Below are positions 30,846 through 41,007 of a DNA stretch of 64,000 bases, piece after piece. The DNA is from Bradyrhizobiaceae bacterium (GTDB lineage Bacteria; Pseudomonadota; Alphaproteobacteria; Rhizobiales; Xanthobacteraceae). The stretch is from contig CANKBJ010000002.1 in NCBI GenBank assembly GCA_947479905.1, positions 3,437 to 67,436 on the forward strand. The letters are read 5' to 3'. The translations under genes were made by a program, and so were the position numbers. Every line of letters starts with the position of its first letter. Position 1 is the first letter of the stretch. Below the pieces are notes generated by a model. It was not told where the DNA came from, searched no databases, and saw only the letters and a list, made by a program, of their open reading frames with translations.

Positions 30846-30896
30846 CTAGCTAATAATCTGGCGGCTAATGCCGCAGATGGGGGTCTGGCCGGTCAT
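30846..30896 (-). CDS. Putative leader peptide MTGQTPICGISRQIIS
   Basis: 16 codons with 4 Ile and 1 Cys in the last 10; TTGACG-N17-CAATGT promoter ends 7 nt before the ATG. Confidence 0.6.
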   Translation of the reverse strand: MTGQTPICGISRQIIS

Positions 30897-31005
30897 AATA
30901 AACACATTGCTGGTTTGCCCCGCCGCCGTCAATCCCTCCAGCGGTCTGCCTAACCATCGGCAATTTTTGGGTTTTTCCGTGTGAGCGCGCCTGCCGTCAT
31001 ATCGG

Positions 31006-31021
31006 TTAAACGACTCTTAAC
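31006..31021 (+). promoter_or_regulatory. CtrA binding site
   Basis: Exact TTAA-ACGACTC-TTAAC, 65 nt upstream of ATG 31087. Confidence 0.7.
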
Positions 31022-31086
31022 GATTTCACTCGCATTGTCGCTATCGATGGCCCGGTAGGCATCCTCAACTTAAATGGACGATTCTC

Positions 31087-31398
31087 ATGCGGACAATCCT
31101 GGTCAGTCTCGGCACCGTCCTCTGCCTATGCCTCGCGGGGGCCGCGCAGGCGGAACGGCGCGTGTTCATCATCACCAATGACGCCGACAGTTACGGCATC
31201 GACCGCTGCCTCGCCTCCGGCGCCAAATGCGGCGCGGCCGCCGCCAACGCCTATTGCAAGTCCCGCGAATTCGCCGAGGCCGCTTCCTTCAGCAAAGTCG
31301 ACCGCGACGAGATCACCGGCGCCATCCCGACAGGCGGAGCCGGCGGCTGCAAGGGTCCCAAATGCGATGACCTGGTCGCCATCGTCTGTTCGCGCTGA
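31087..31398 (+). CDS. Secreted Cys-rich hypothetical protein
   Basis: Signal peptide; six Cys in the mature region (DRCL, KCG, AYCK, GCK, KCD, VCSR). Confidence 0.8.
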   Translation: MRTILVSLGTVLCLCLAGAAQAERRVFIITNDADSYGIDRCLASGAKCGAAAANAYCKSREFAEAASFSKVDRDEITGAIPTGGAGGCKGPKCDDLVAIVCSR

Positions 31399-31437
31399 CG
31401 TCCGCGCCTACCGAAAAAAGTTCCATCGATGACATAA

Positions 31438-31460
31438 CGCCCGGTCCCGCCGGGCGTTTT
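31438..31460 (+). terminator. Rho-independent terminator
   Basis: CGCCCGG-TCCCG-CCGGGCG-TTTT. Confidence 0.6.
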
Positions 31461-31542
31461 CCATATCCTGGACCGGCGCGGTTGAGTTTGACGTCGCAGC
31501 CCGGTACCAATGAGGCCAACACATTGTCGGTCTCGCCACCAT

Positions 31543-33744
31543 ATGCCCGAAACAACGGACCGATCGAAGCAGAATGCCTCGGCCGCGGATAGCCGCGCCG
31601 AGCGGCCGCTACGTCTGCTGATCGTGGCATCGCTGGTCCTGCCGCTGGCCATTTTCGCGATCGCCGCCTGGATTTCCTACAACCAACATATCGCCGACGC
31701 CACCGACCGACTGCAGCGCACCGTCGACACGATGCAGGAACACGCGGTCAAGGTGTTCGAAACCTTCGCAATCAGCGAACGCTATATGGAAGAGCTCTTC
31801 AACGACGAAAGCGACGCCAATATCGTCGATGCGGAACAGGAATATAGCGCCCGTATCAAAAACTTCATTCGCGACCTGCCGCAATTGCGCGATCTGTGGG
31901 TGATCGACGCCGCGGGACGTCCGCTGGTGTCTGGCACCGTCTTTCCGATGCCGCGCAATCTCGCGCTTGCCGACCGCGATTATTTCAGCGCCCACAAGAA
32001 CGGAACGAGTGACGACACTTTTATAAGCGGCGTGGTCGATGCGCGCGCCGCCAACACCAATTTCTTCGCCATCACCCGCAAACGCATGGCGGCGGCCAAG
32101 TTCAACGGCGTCTATCTGGTGTCGATCGCTCCGGAATATTTCACGCGCTACTATTCCGAATTTCCGGAAACCGACGTCACCGTGGCCGGCCTGACTCGCG
32201 CCGATGGCGTGACCTTGGCGCGATTCCCGGCGGCGAGCGCCGGCTCGCGGTCGATGCCGGACTCGCCTTTCATGCGGGCGATCGTCAATAACCCGCAACG
32301 CGGCGTCACGACCGGCACGTCGTCCTTCGATGGCGCCAAGCGCATCGTCGCCTATCGCAAACTGCCGAATCAAGCGGTTTATGTGAACGCCGGCATCAAT
32401 CTTTCCACCATTCAAACCGACTGGCTCTCCGACATGTCGGCGCATCTTGTCTTCGGCATTCCGGCGACATTGACGATGCTTGCTCTTGCCATGATGACGT
32501 TGCGGCACACCCGCCGTGAATCCTATGCCTATGCGCAACTGCGCCAGGAATCGGCGCGCCGCGAAGCCACCGAACAGGCTTTGCGCCAGGCGCAGAAAAT
32601 GGAAGCGGTCGGACGCCTTACCGGCGGCATCGCCCACGATTTCAACAATCTGCTCACCGCTATCATCGGCAACGTCGAATTGGCGAACCGGCGCAATACG
32701 TCGACGGACGAGCGCGTGGCCAAGTCGCTCGGCGCTATCCGTCAGGCGTCGATGCGCGCCGCGACCTTGGTGCAACGCCTGCTGACTTTCTCGCGCCAGC
32801 ATCCGCAGGAAGTAAAGGCCGTCGATATCAACCGGCTGGTCGGTGAAATGTCGGAATTGCTGCACCGTTCGATCGGCGAAACTGTGACGGTGGAGACCGT
32901 GCTGGCAAGCGGCCTGTGGAAGACGGCGATCGATCCCAACCAGCTCGAAAACGCCATCCTCAATCTGGCGGTCAACGCGCGCGACTCCATGCCGAAAGGC
33001 GGTCAACTGACGATCGAAACGTCGAACGCCTATCTCGATGAAGCCTATGTCCTGCGTTCAGGCGCCGAGGTGAAACCGGGCCAGTTCGTTTTGGTCGCAG
33101 TCAGCGACACCGGCGAAGGCATGCCGGCGGAAGTGCGCGACAAGGCATTCGAGCCATTTTTTACTACCAAGGCGGCCGGCGCCGGCTCCGGCCTCGGGCT
33201 AAGCATGGTCTATGGTTTTGTCAAACAATCGGGCGGACATGTGCAGATCTACAGCGAACTTGGCCAGGGCACCGCGATCAAGATGTACTTCCCGCGCCTT
33301 ACCGACGCTTCGTCCGTACCAGCGTGGGAAAATGTCGAAGCGCCGCGCATGCCGCGCAGCGGCGAGCACAACGAATGTATTCTGCTAGTCGAAGACGACG
33401 AGGACGTCAGCCGCTTCGTTATCGATGCGCTGACCGATATCGGTTACCGTGTCGAGCATACCGCTACCGCCGCCAGGGCGCTGGAGATATTGAAAGCGGT
33501 GCCGCAAATCGCGCTGCTGTTCACCGACGTCGTTCTGCCCGGCGGCATGAACGGCCGCGAACTTGCCAACGAAGTCAAAAAGCTGCGCCCCGAACTGCCG
33601 GTGTTGTTTGCCACCGGCTATACCCGCAACGCCATCATCCACCATGGCCGGCTCGACACCGATGTCGACCTCTTGACCAAACCGTTCACCACAGAGGCGC
33701 TGGCGCGCAAGGTGCGGCAGGTGATCGAGGGTAAAACAGCCTGA
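31543..33744 (+). CDS. Hybrid sensor histidine kinase (periplasmic Cache-like, HisKA, HATPase, REC)
   Basis: Two TM segments, [35 protein letters not shown]...TDVVLP. Confidence 0.93.
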   Translation: MPETTDRSKQNASAADSRAERPLRLLIVASLVLPLAIFAIAAWISYNQHIADATDRLQRTVDTMQEHAVKVFETFAISERYMEELFNDESDANIVDAEQEYSARIKNFIRDLPQLRDLWVIDAAGRPLVSGTVFPMPRNLALADRDYFSAHKNGTSDDTFISGVVDARAANTNFFAITRKRMAAAKFNGVYLVSIAPEYFTRYYSEFPETDVTVAGLTRADGVTLARFPAASAGSRSMPDSPFMRAIVNNPQRGVTTGTSSFDGAKRIVAYRKLPNQAVYVNAGINLSTIQTDWLSDMSAHLVFGIPATLTMLALAMMTLRHTRRESYAYAQLRQESARREATEQALRQAQKMEAVGRLTGGIAHDFNNLLTAIIGNVELANRRNTSTDERVAKSLGAIRQASMRAATLVQRLLTFSRQHPQEVKAVDINRLVGEMSELLHRSIGETVTVETVLASGLWKTAIDPNQLENAILNLAVNARDSMPKGGQLTIETSNAYLDEAYVLRSGAEVKPGQFVLVAVSDTGEGMPAEVRDKAFEPFFTTKAAGAGSGLGLSMVYGFVKQSGGHVQIYSELGQGTAIKMYFPRLTDASSVPAWENVEAPRMPRSGEHNECILLVEDDEDVSRFVIDALTDIGYRVEHTATAARALEILKAVPQIALLFTDVVLPGGMNGRELANEVKKLRPELPVLFATGYTRNAIIHHGRLDTDVDLLTKPFTTEALARKVRQVIEGKTA

Positions 33745-33798
33745 TTGCTGCATTTTTCGCGCAGGATTTTGTCTGAAAGGCGGTCCCGCTTTTCGGGA

Positions 33799-33990
33799 TC
33801 ATGGGTTTTTGGCGAGCGCGATGGCTTCCTTGAGAACCTCAATATCGCCGATATGGTTGGCGAGAATAAGCGCCAACCGGGCATCGAGCGCCGCCGCCGC
33901 CTGTTCGTCGAGACCGCGTCGCGCCTCCACCAGTGCCACATAGGCGGCATCGGGGTCGGCGAATTGCGATGCGGTGATGAGTTTGGCCAT
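33799..33990 (-). CDS. DUF2783-family small protein (possible MhaB-like partner subunit)
   Basis: 63 aa, LILANHIGD motif; TAATG coupled to the FAD monooxygenase. Confidence 0.8.
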   Translation of the reverse strand: MAKLITASQFADPDAAYVALVEARRGLDEQAAAALDARLALILANHIGDIEVLKEAIALAKNP

Positions 33991-35597
33991 TACGCTATTC
34001 CCAAGTTGCGCCCGTTGGCGCGGTCGCGCGCGGCCCCGATCTTACCGCGATCGTAGCTGCGCCAGCGCGCGCACAAATGGTGATCGGGGCGCAACAGGCA
34101 AACCGCTCCCGGTGTCGCGTCGAGCCGGCGCGCTACCGCGCCGTCAGGATCGTCAATGTCGACGCCGACAGAAAGACGAGCGACACCTTCCGGCGCGATT
34201 GGCGGCGGCGCGCCATTCTTGAACGTCAGCATTGTGAAGCCGTCGCCCAGATTTTCGAGCAAATAGCCGGCGCTGCCATCGGCATTGCGGATCGGACAAT
34301 CCGGCAAGGGCGCGCCGAGACGCGCGCTGCCGCCGAACGGGCTTTCATCGGCCGTCGACAATGAGGATTCATAGACGGTCGCCACCGACAGCCGGCCGGA
34401 ATTGATCATGCGGCGCGCGAACTCGGCCTTCGGCGCCAATGCCAGCACCGCGTTGCGCAAGGCGCGCTCGGCGGCGGAATGCGGCGCGATAAAATCGGTT
34501 GAACGGGTCGAATGCGTGATATTTTCGTCCGCCGCCTGGATGCGCTCGGTCTCGTAGCTGCCGATCAAGCCTTCGCTGGCCTCGCCCTTGAGGACAAGCG
34601 CGAGCTTCCAGGCCAGATTCTCGGCATCCTGAATGCCGGAATTGGCGCCACGCGCGCCAAACGGCGACACCTGATGCGCGGCATCGCCGACAAAGATGAC
34701 GCGGCCATGGATGAAGCGATCGAGCCGCCGGCAATTGAAGCGATAGACCGAAATCCACTCCAGTTCGAACGGCCGTTCGCCGAGCATGCGCTTGAGCCGC
34801 GCGGTCACCCGCTCCGGCTTCTGCTCCTCGGCGACGTCCGCATCCGGCCCGAGTTGCAAATCGATGCGCCAGACATTGTCGGGTTGACGGTGCATCAATG
34901 CCGATTGACCGGCATGGAATGGCGGATCGAACCAGAACCGCCGCTCGGTCGGCAGATCGGCGGCCATACGGATGTCGGCGATCAGAAACTTGTCCTCGAA
35001 GGTGACACCGGAAAAATTCAATCCCAGAAGATCGCGCGTGCTGGAGCGCGCGCCATCGGCGGCAATCAGCCAATCGGCCTCAAGGCTATAGGGGCCGTCG
35101 GGCGTATCAATCGTCAGCAACACATGATCGTTATGCTGTCTAAGACCGACAAGCCGGTTCTTCCAGCGCAGATCGACGGCATCGATTGCGTCGGCGCGTT
35201 CGACCAGCGCCTTCTCCAGATAATACTGTTGCAGATTGATGAAAGCCGGCATCTTGTGGCCGTCTTCCGGCAGCAGATCGAACGAGAAAACGAGATCGTC
35301 GCCGTGAAAAAGCTTGCCGATCTTCCAGGTCACGCCTTGCGCGACCAGACTTTCGCCGACGCCAAGCCGGTCGCAGATTTCCAACGTCCGTTTGGACCAG
35401 CAAATCCCGCGCGAGCCCTCGCCGATGCGATCGGCGTCATCGATCAGCACCACCGCAACGCCACGCAGCGCAAGATCAATGCTGGTGGCAAGCCCGACCG
35501 GCCCGGCACCCACCACAACGACCGGCCGCCGCGCAACCGCACGCGCGTCCTGATCGGACGCGCGGCGGTATGCGAAACGATAACGGTCTGAGGTCAC
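33990..35597 (-). CDS. FAD-dependent aromatic monooxygenase (MhpA/MhaA-like)
   Basis: GAGPVG, ADGARS, GDAAHQVSPFGARGANSG; probable GTG start at 35597. Confidence 0.9.
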   Translation of the reverse strand: MTSDRYRFAYRRASDQDARAVARRPVVVVGAGPVGLATSIDLALRGVAVVLIDDADRIGEGSRGICWSKRTLEICDRLGVGESLVAQGVTWKIGKLFHGDDLVFSFDLLPEDGHKMPAFINLQQYYLEKALVERADAIDAVDLRWKNRLVGLRQHNDHVLLTIDTPDGPYSLEADWLIAADGARSSTRDLLGLNFSGVTFEDKFLIADIRMAADLPTERRFWFDPPFHAGQSALMHRQPDNVWRIDLQLGPDADVAEEQKPERVTARLKRMLGERPFELEWISVYRFNCRRLDRFIHGRVIFVGDAAHQVSPFGARGANSGIQDAENLAWKLALVLKGEASEGLIGSYETERIQAADENITHSTRSTDFIAPHSAAERALRNAVLALAPKAEFARRMINSGRLSVATVYESSLSTADESPFGGSARLGAPLPDCPIRNADGSAGYLLENLGDGFTMLTFKNGAPPPIAPEGVARLSVGVDIDDPDGAVARRLDATPGAVCLLRPDHHLCARWRSYDRGKIGAARDRANGRNLGIA

Positions 35598-35604
35598 GCG
35601 GTGG

Positions 35605-36063
35605 TCAGCGCTTCGCCAGATAGGCGTCGACCGCGTAACGGCCTGCGCCGTGGACGAAGACATAGAGCGCGCCGCCCATAATCGACAGGTTCTTCAGGAA
35701 ATTGTTGTACTGCGCGCCCTGCTGAGCCGCGGGATAAGTCCAGTAACGATGCGCGATCACGGTTGCGACAAGCACCCAGATGAAAGTAGCAATCGCCGTA
35801 TAGCGTGTCGCCAGCCCGAGGATCAACGCCGCGCCGAGAACCAGTTCCGCACCACCGGCAAACCACGCCATCAAGTCCGGAGGCGACATGCCGAGATTGT
35901 TGAAATAGGCCGTGGTGCCGGCGATGTTGCCAAGCTTGGCCCAACCGCTGGCAAGAAAAATCCAGCCGAGCAGAATGCGGCCAGCGAGAAGCAGAAAGTC
36001 GCTATAGGCCGTGGCATAAGTGTCGGTGCATGAAAGCGCGGAATGCGATGATCGTTGTGCCAT
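35605..36063 (-). CDS. DoxX family membrane protein
   Basis: GRILLGWIFLASGWAK, FLKNLSIMGG, GAGRYAVD. Confidence 0.88.
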   Translation of the reverse strand: MAQRSSHSALSCTDTYATAYSDFLLLAGRILLGWIFLASGWAKLGNIAGTTAYFNNLGMSPPDLMAWFAGGAELVLGAALILGLATRYTAIATFIWVLVATVIAHRYWTYPAAQQGAQYNNFLKNLSIMGGALYVFVHGAGRYAVDAYLAKR

Positions 36064-36210
36064 GTCGTTTCCCCTGGAAGCATCTTTTGGTTGCACGGCA
36101 GTCTAACGCGACGTCGCGGCATTCCGCCAGATGGCGGAACTCGCGTGCCGCACTGCAAAACAAAAAAAATAATGCGGGCGACAGGGAATAGAGCCCACCG
36201 GAACGCCGCA

Positions 36211-37164
36211 TCAGCCCTGCAGCGCGGCCCACAATTCGCGATCGCGCTGCGCGGTCCAGATCACCGGCCATTCGATGCCGCGCGCCTCGTCATAGGCACG
36301 GGCGACGTTGAACGGCAGGCAGTGTTCGTAGATGGCGAAGGTCTTGAATTTAGGGTCCATCGCCAGCCGCGCGAAATCAAAGGCGTCTTTCAGCGAACGG
36401 CCCTTGGCGACGCTATCGCTGACCGATGAATACAAGGTTGAGATGAAGTCGCTGGTCATCTCGATGCCCTCGGCAACCAATTGCGGCGTGGTCAGCGCCG
36501 CGCCGCGGCCGGGCACCAGCGCATTCGCCTTCAACTCGGCGAGCCGCGCCAAAGTCGCCGGCCAGTCGGTGAAATGGGCGTCGCCGCAGTAACAGGCGGA
36601 TTTGTACTCGACGAGGTCGCCCGAGAAGACGACGCCGGCATCCGGCACCGCGGCGATTACGTCGCCTGCGGTGTGGCCGCGGCCGATATGCGTGATGCGA
36701 ACTTCGCGGCGGCCAAGCCAGATTGAGATCTGGTCCGGAAACGTGACCGTCGGCCATGTCAGGCCCGGAATGGTCTCAACCGCGCGGAACAGGCGCGGAA
36801 AACGGCCGATCTCGGACTCCATGTCCTGTTGCCCGCGTTCCACGATCATGGCGCGCGCGGTATCGGAGGCGAGGATTTCGGCGCCCTTGAAGGCCGAGGC
36901 GCCGAGAACGCGCACCGCGTGGTAATGCGTCAGCAGCACGTATTTTATCGGCTTGTCGGTGACCTTGGCGACGCGCGCGATCAGTTCCTCGGCCATGGCC
37001 GGCGTCGCCTGCGCGTCGATCACCATGGCGCTGTCGTCGCCGACGATAACACCGGAGTTGGGGTCGCCTTCGGCGGTGTAGGCGTAAAGCCCCGGCCCCA
37101 ATGCGTCGAACGAGACTTTCTTCTCGCCCAGATCGGCGGTGGAAGCAAAACCCTTCAGCGGCAT
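36211..37164 (-). CDS. Metallo-beta-lactamase-fold hydrolase
   Basis: THYHAVR, GHTAGD, FSGD, VPGRG; atypical metal-binding motif. Confidence 0.88.
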   Translation of the reverse strand: MPLKGFASTADLGEKKVSFDALGPGLYAYTAEGDPNSGVIVGDDSAMVIDAQATPAMAEELIARVAKVTDKPIKYVLLTHYHAVRVLGASAFKGAEILASDTARAMIVERGQQDMESEIGRFPRLFRAVETIPGLTWPTVTFPDQISIWLGRREVRITHIGRGHTAGDVIAAVPDAGVVFSGDLVEYKSACYCGDAHFTDWPATLARLAELKANALVPGRGAALTTPQLVAEGIEMTSDFISTLYSSVSDSVAKGRSLKDAFDFARLAMDPKFKTFAIYEHCLPFNVARAYDEARGIEWPVIWTAQRDRELWAALQG

Positions 37165-37177
37165 TACCAGATCCTCT

Positions 37178-38194
37178 TCAGCTTCGCCGGTAGCTTACCA
37201 CATCCTGATCGATGGCGCCGAAAATGGAGTGGCCTTGCGCATCGCGCATCTCGATGCGGACGCGGTCGCCGAACCTGAGGAAAGGTGTCACCGGTTTGCC
37301 CTGATGCAGCGTCTCGACGGTGCGCAACTCAGCGATGCAGGAATAGCCTAGCCCGCCTTCGGCGATCGGCTTTCCGGCGCCGCCGCCGGCGTCGCGGTTC
37401 GACACCGTGCCGGCGCCGAGAATAGTGCCGGCGGAAAGCGCGCGAGTCCTGGCGGCATGCGCGATCAAGGTGGGGAAATCGAAGGTCATGTCGTCGCCGG
37501 TATTCGGCCGGCCGAACGGCTGGCCGTTGACGAAGGACAAAAGCGGCAGGCTGACTTTGGCGCCGTCGAAGGCCGTGCCCAGTTCGTCCGGCGTCACCGC
37601 GACCGGGGTAAAGGCCGAGGCGGCCTTCGACTGGACGAAGCCGAAGCCCTTGGCGAGTTCCGGCCCGGTCAAATTGCGCAGGGTCACGTCATTGACCAGC
37701 ATGATCAGCCGGATCGCCTTGGCCGCCTCTTCACGGCTGGCGCCCATCGGCACGTCGCCGAGGATGACGACCACCTCGGCTTCCAGATCGATACCCCAGG
37801 CCTCGTCGGCCATCGGAATGGAATCGCACGGCCCCAGCATGATGTCGGAACCGCCCTGATACATCAGCGGATCGGTCCAGAACGAGGCCGGCATGTCGAC
37901 GCCGCGGGCTTTGCGCACCAGCGCGACGTGATTGACGTAGGCCGAACCGTCGAGCCAGGCAAAAGCGCGCGGCAGAGGCGCGGCGCACTCTCGCGGATCG
38001 AAGGCTTGCGCGTCGCCCTCGCCCCGCTCCAGGCCGGCGGCAATGGCGGCGAGCGCCGGCGCCAGCACCTCCCAATTGTCGAGCGCCGCCTGCAAGGTCG
38101 GCGCGACGCCGGAAACGCCGATGCAGCGCGTCAGGTCCTTGGACACGACGACCAGACGACCGTCGCGGCCGCTCTTGAGCGAGGCCAGTTTCAT
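37178..38194 (-). CDS. Fumarylacetoacetate hydrolase family protein
   Basis: DGSAYVNH, DLEAE, NDVTLRN, GTVSN; follows hmgA. Confidence 0.9.
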   Translation of the reverse strand: MKLASLKSGRDGRLVVVSKDLTRCIGVSGVAPTLQAALDNWEVLAPALAAIAAGLERGEGDAQAFDPRECAAPLPRAFAWLDGSAYVNHVALVRKARGVDMPASFWTDPLMYQGGSDIMLGPCDSIPMADEAWGIDLEAEVVVILGDVPMGASREEAAKAIRLIMLVNDVTLRNLTGPELAKGFGFVQSKAASAFTPVAVTPDELGTAFDGAKVSLPLLSFVNGQPFGRPNTGDDMTFDFPTLIAHAARTRALSAGTILGAGTVSNRDAGGGAGKPIAEGGLGYSCIAELRTVETLHQGKPVTPFLRFGDRVRIEMRDAQGHSIFGAIDQDVVSYRRS

Positions 38195-38210
38195 CGGGCG
38201 TCCTTGATTG

Positions 38211-39527
38211 CTATCGCGGCTTCGGCTCGCGCCGGTTCGGATCGAAATGCTTGTTCAGCCCGCTCCAGCAGTCCGCGTAATTGTCCTGCAAGGTATCGAG
38301 CGAGCCCGCATACTGGGTGACGCGCTGGCGATAGCGCGTTTCGAACATGAAGGCGAGCGTGTTGGTCAGCTTGACCGGCTTCAACTCGACATTGCTGGCG
38401 TGTTCGAAAGCGTCTGTATCCGGTCCGTGCGGCAGCATCTGGTTGTGCAGGCTGAAGCCGCCGGGCACGAAGCCCTCCGGCTTGGCGTCGTAAACGCCGT
38501 ACACCAGGCCCATGAACTCCGACATGATGTTGCGGTGATACCACGGCGGCCGGAACGTGTTCTCGGCCACCATCCAGCGCTCCGGAAAAATAACGAAGTC
38601 GATATTGGCGGTGCCGGGCGTTTCCGACGGCGAGGTCAGCACGGTGAAGATCGACGGATCGGGATGGTCGAACGAAATCGCACCGACCGGCGAATAGCGC
38701 CGCAGGTCGTATTTGTACGGATAGTAGTTGCCGTGCCAGGCGACGACGTCGAGCGGCGATTGCGACACTTGCGCCTTGTGCAATTCGCCGCCCCACTTCA
38801 CGAACAGAGTGTGAGGTCCTTCGACATCTTCATAAGCCGCGACCGGCGTCAGGAAATCGCGCGGATTGGCTAGACAATTGGCGCCGATCGGCCCGCGGTC
38901 CGGCAGCGTGAAGCCGCCGCCATAGTTTTCGCAGACATAGGCGCGCGCCGGCCCGTCGATCAGCTCAACGCGGAAGATGACGCCGCGCGGGATGATGCAA
39001 ATCTCGCCCGGCTCGATATCGATGACGCCGAATTCGGTGCGGAAGCGGATTTTTCCCTGCTGCGCGACGATCAGGAATTCGCCGTCGGAATTGCAGATGT
39101 GCTCGCGCGTCATCGAGGCAGTGATGAAAAGCAAATGACTCGCCATACCGGCATGCGATTCAGCGTCGCCGGCGGTCGTGATGGTGCGCAGGCCGGTGAC
39201 GAACGTTACCTTGTCTTGCGGCATCGGCACCGGCGCCCAGCGCATCGGCCCGATCGGCACCTTGCCGTCTTCGCGCACCGGCGCGGTGCGGATGTGGCCC
39301 TGGTCGACGCGCTCGAAGCGGCCGAAGTGCCGCACCGTCGGCCGGATGCGATAGAGCCAGGAGCGTTCGTTCGACGCCTGCGGCGCGGTGAAGGCCGAGC
39401 CGGACAGTTGCTCGGCATAGAGGCCGTAGTCGCATTTCTGCGGCGAGTTACGGCCGACCGGCAAAGCCCCGGGCAGCGCTTCGGTCTCAAAACTGTTTCC
39501 GAAGCCCGACATGTATTCGGACGCCAT
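38211..39527 (-). CDS. hmgA: Homogentisate 1,2-dioxygenase
   Basis: [40 protein letters not shown]. Confidence 0.97.
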   Translation of the reverse strand: MASEYMSGFGNSFETEALPGALPVGRNSPQKCDYGLYAEQLSGSAFTAPQASNERSWLYRIRPTVRHFGRFERVDQGHIRTAPVREDGKVPIGPMRWAPVPMPQDKVTFVTGLRTITTAGDAESHAGMASHLLFITASMTREHICNSDGEFLIVAQQGKIRFRTEFGVIDIEPGEICIIPRGVIFRVELIDGPARAYVCENYGGGFTLPDRGPIGANCLANPRDFLTPVAAYEDVEGPHTLFVKWGGELHKAQVSQSPLDVVAWHGNYYPYKYDLRRYSPVGAISFDHPDPSIFTVLTSPSETPGTANIDFVIFPERWMVAENTFRPPWYHRNIMSEFMGLVYGVYDAKPEGFVPGGFSLHNQMLPHGPDTDAFEHASNVELKPVKLTNTLAFMFETRYRQRVTQYAGSLDTLQDNYADCWSGLNKHFDPNRREPKPR

Positions 39528-39786
39528 GGCGCTCGCCTCCCCTTGCTTAGACTTTATCGGACAAATTAGTTGCCATTGAAACCATGGTCAATGCTCTGGG
39601 ACCGACCCGTCCCCCTTGGCTATCGATTCCTGCGTCATTTTCGCCAAATGGCTCGGCTGAACCAAAGCTTAGAAGGCTTCCAAACTATAGTTGCACCTGA
39701 ACGCAGTTTCGTCCAAAGTTACATATACGCGCGACGGCAGCCGCCAAGCTTGGCCTGCCCACGCGGGAGAACGCGGCAGCCCAGCG

Positions 39787-40305
39787 ATGACCGACACAAC
39801 CGCTCCAGCAATGCCCGCCCAACCGGGCACTGCCGATGCGGCGCTCAAGCTGGAAGAGTTCCTGCCCTACCGGCTCAATGTCTGCGCCAACATCGTATCG
39901 ACCGCGCTGTCGCGAATTTACGCCGAGCACTACAGCATCGGCGTGCCGGAATGGCGCGTCCTGGTGACACTGGGCCAGTTCGGCATGATGACCGCCAAGG
40001 CGATCGGCATCCACAGCCACATGCACAAGACCAAGGTGTCGCGCGCGGTCGCCATGCTGGAACGGCGCAAGCTCGTGGTGCGGCGCGCCAATCGCGACGA
40101 TTTGCGCGAGGCCTTCCTGTCGCTGACCCCTGCCGGCCGCGATATCTACAGCGACCTGGCGCCGAGCGCGCTCGAATTCGCCCGGCAACTGATGGAAACC
40201 GTCGAGCCGGCCGACCGCGCCGCGTTGGGCCGCGCGCTCAACAAACTGATCGAGCACGCCGCGCAGATCGCCAGCGATATCGCCAAAGGCGGCAAACCCG
40301 GATAG
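39787..40305 (+). CDS. MarR family regulator, divergent from hmgA
   Basis: FLPYRL, EWRVL, KTKVSRAV, LTPAGR. Confidence 0.9.
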   Translation: MTDTTAPAMPAQPGTADAALKLEEFLPYRLNVCANIVSTALSRIYAEHYSIGVPEWRVLVTLGQFGMMTAKAIGIHSHMHKTKVSRAVAMLERRKLVVRRANRDDLREAFLSLTPAGRDIYSDLAPSALEFARQLMETVEPADRAALGRALNKLIEHAAQIASDIAKGGKPG

Positions 40306-40343
40306 CTTGATCGTGATTTGTTGATCTAGCCCGGGGTAATCTT

Positions 40344-40979
40344 GTGAAGCTCTATTCCTATTTCCGTTCGTCCGCCGCCTACCGCGTGCGGATCGCGCTC
40401 AATCTCAAGGGCCTGCCCTATGAGATGATCTCCATCCATCTGACCAAGGACGGCGGCCATCAGCGCGCGCCGGAATTCAAGGCGGTCAATCCGCAGATGC
40501 GGGTTCCGGCGCTAAAGCTGTCGAGCGGCGAAGTCCTCACACAATCGCTCGCCATCATCGAATATCTCGACGAGATCAATCCCGAACGCCCGCTGCTGCC
40601 GGCCGATGCGCTGGAGCGTGCCAAAGTGCGCGCCATCGCGCAGCTAATCGCCTGCGATATTCATCCGCTCAACAATCTCATTGCGCTGCAATATCTCAAA
40701 CGCACGCTCAAGCACGAGCAGCCGGAAATAGACGCCTGGTATCATCACTGGGTGATCGAAGGCTTCACCGCGCTCGAAGCCATGATGACGCCTGGACCCT
40801 ATGCCTGCGGCGCGCATGTTACCCTTGCCGATATCTGCCTGGTCCCGCAGGTCTACAATGCCCGCCGGCTGAAGGTTCCGCTCGACAGATTTCCGAAAAT
40901 TGTCGCCGTCGATGCCGCCTGTCTGAAACTGCCGGCTTTCGATAATGCGCGGCCGGAGAACCAGCCGGATGCCGAGTGA
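40344..40979 (+). CDS. maiA: Maleylacetoacetate isomerase
   Basis: YFRSSAAYRVRIALNLK, DIHPLNN, DICLVPQ, QPDA. Confidence 0.95.
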   Translation: MKLYSYFRSSAAYRVRIALNLKGLPYEMISIHLTKDGGHQRAPEFKAVNPQMRVPALKLSSGEVLTQSLAIIEYLDEINPERPLLPADALERAKVRAIAQLIACDIHPLNNLIALQYLKRTLKHEQPEIDAWYHHWVIEGFTALEAMMTPGPYACGAHVTLADICLVPQVYNARRLKVPLDRFPKIVAVDAACLKLPAFDNARPENQPDAE

Positions 40980-41007
40980 CGCGAGGTTGCCAGCCTGCTA
41001 GACCGGC

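Noticed and set aside
35598-35663. Overlap of the FAD monooxygenase ORF with doxX
   Set aside because: Artefact of choosing the longest start; GTG 35597 removes the overlap
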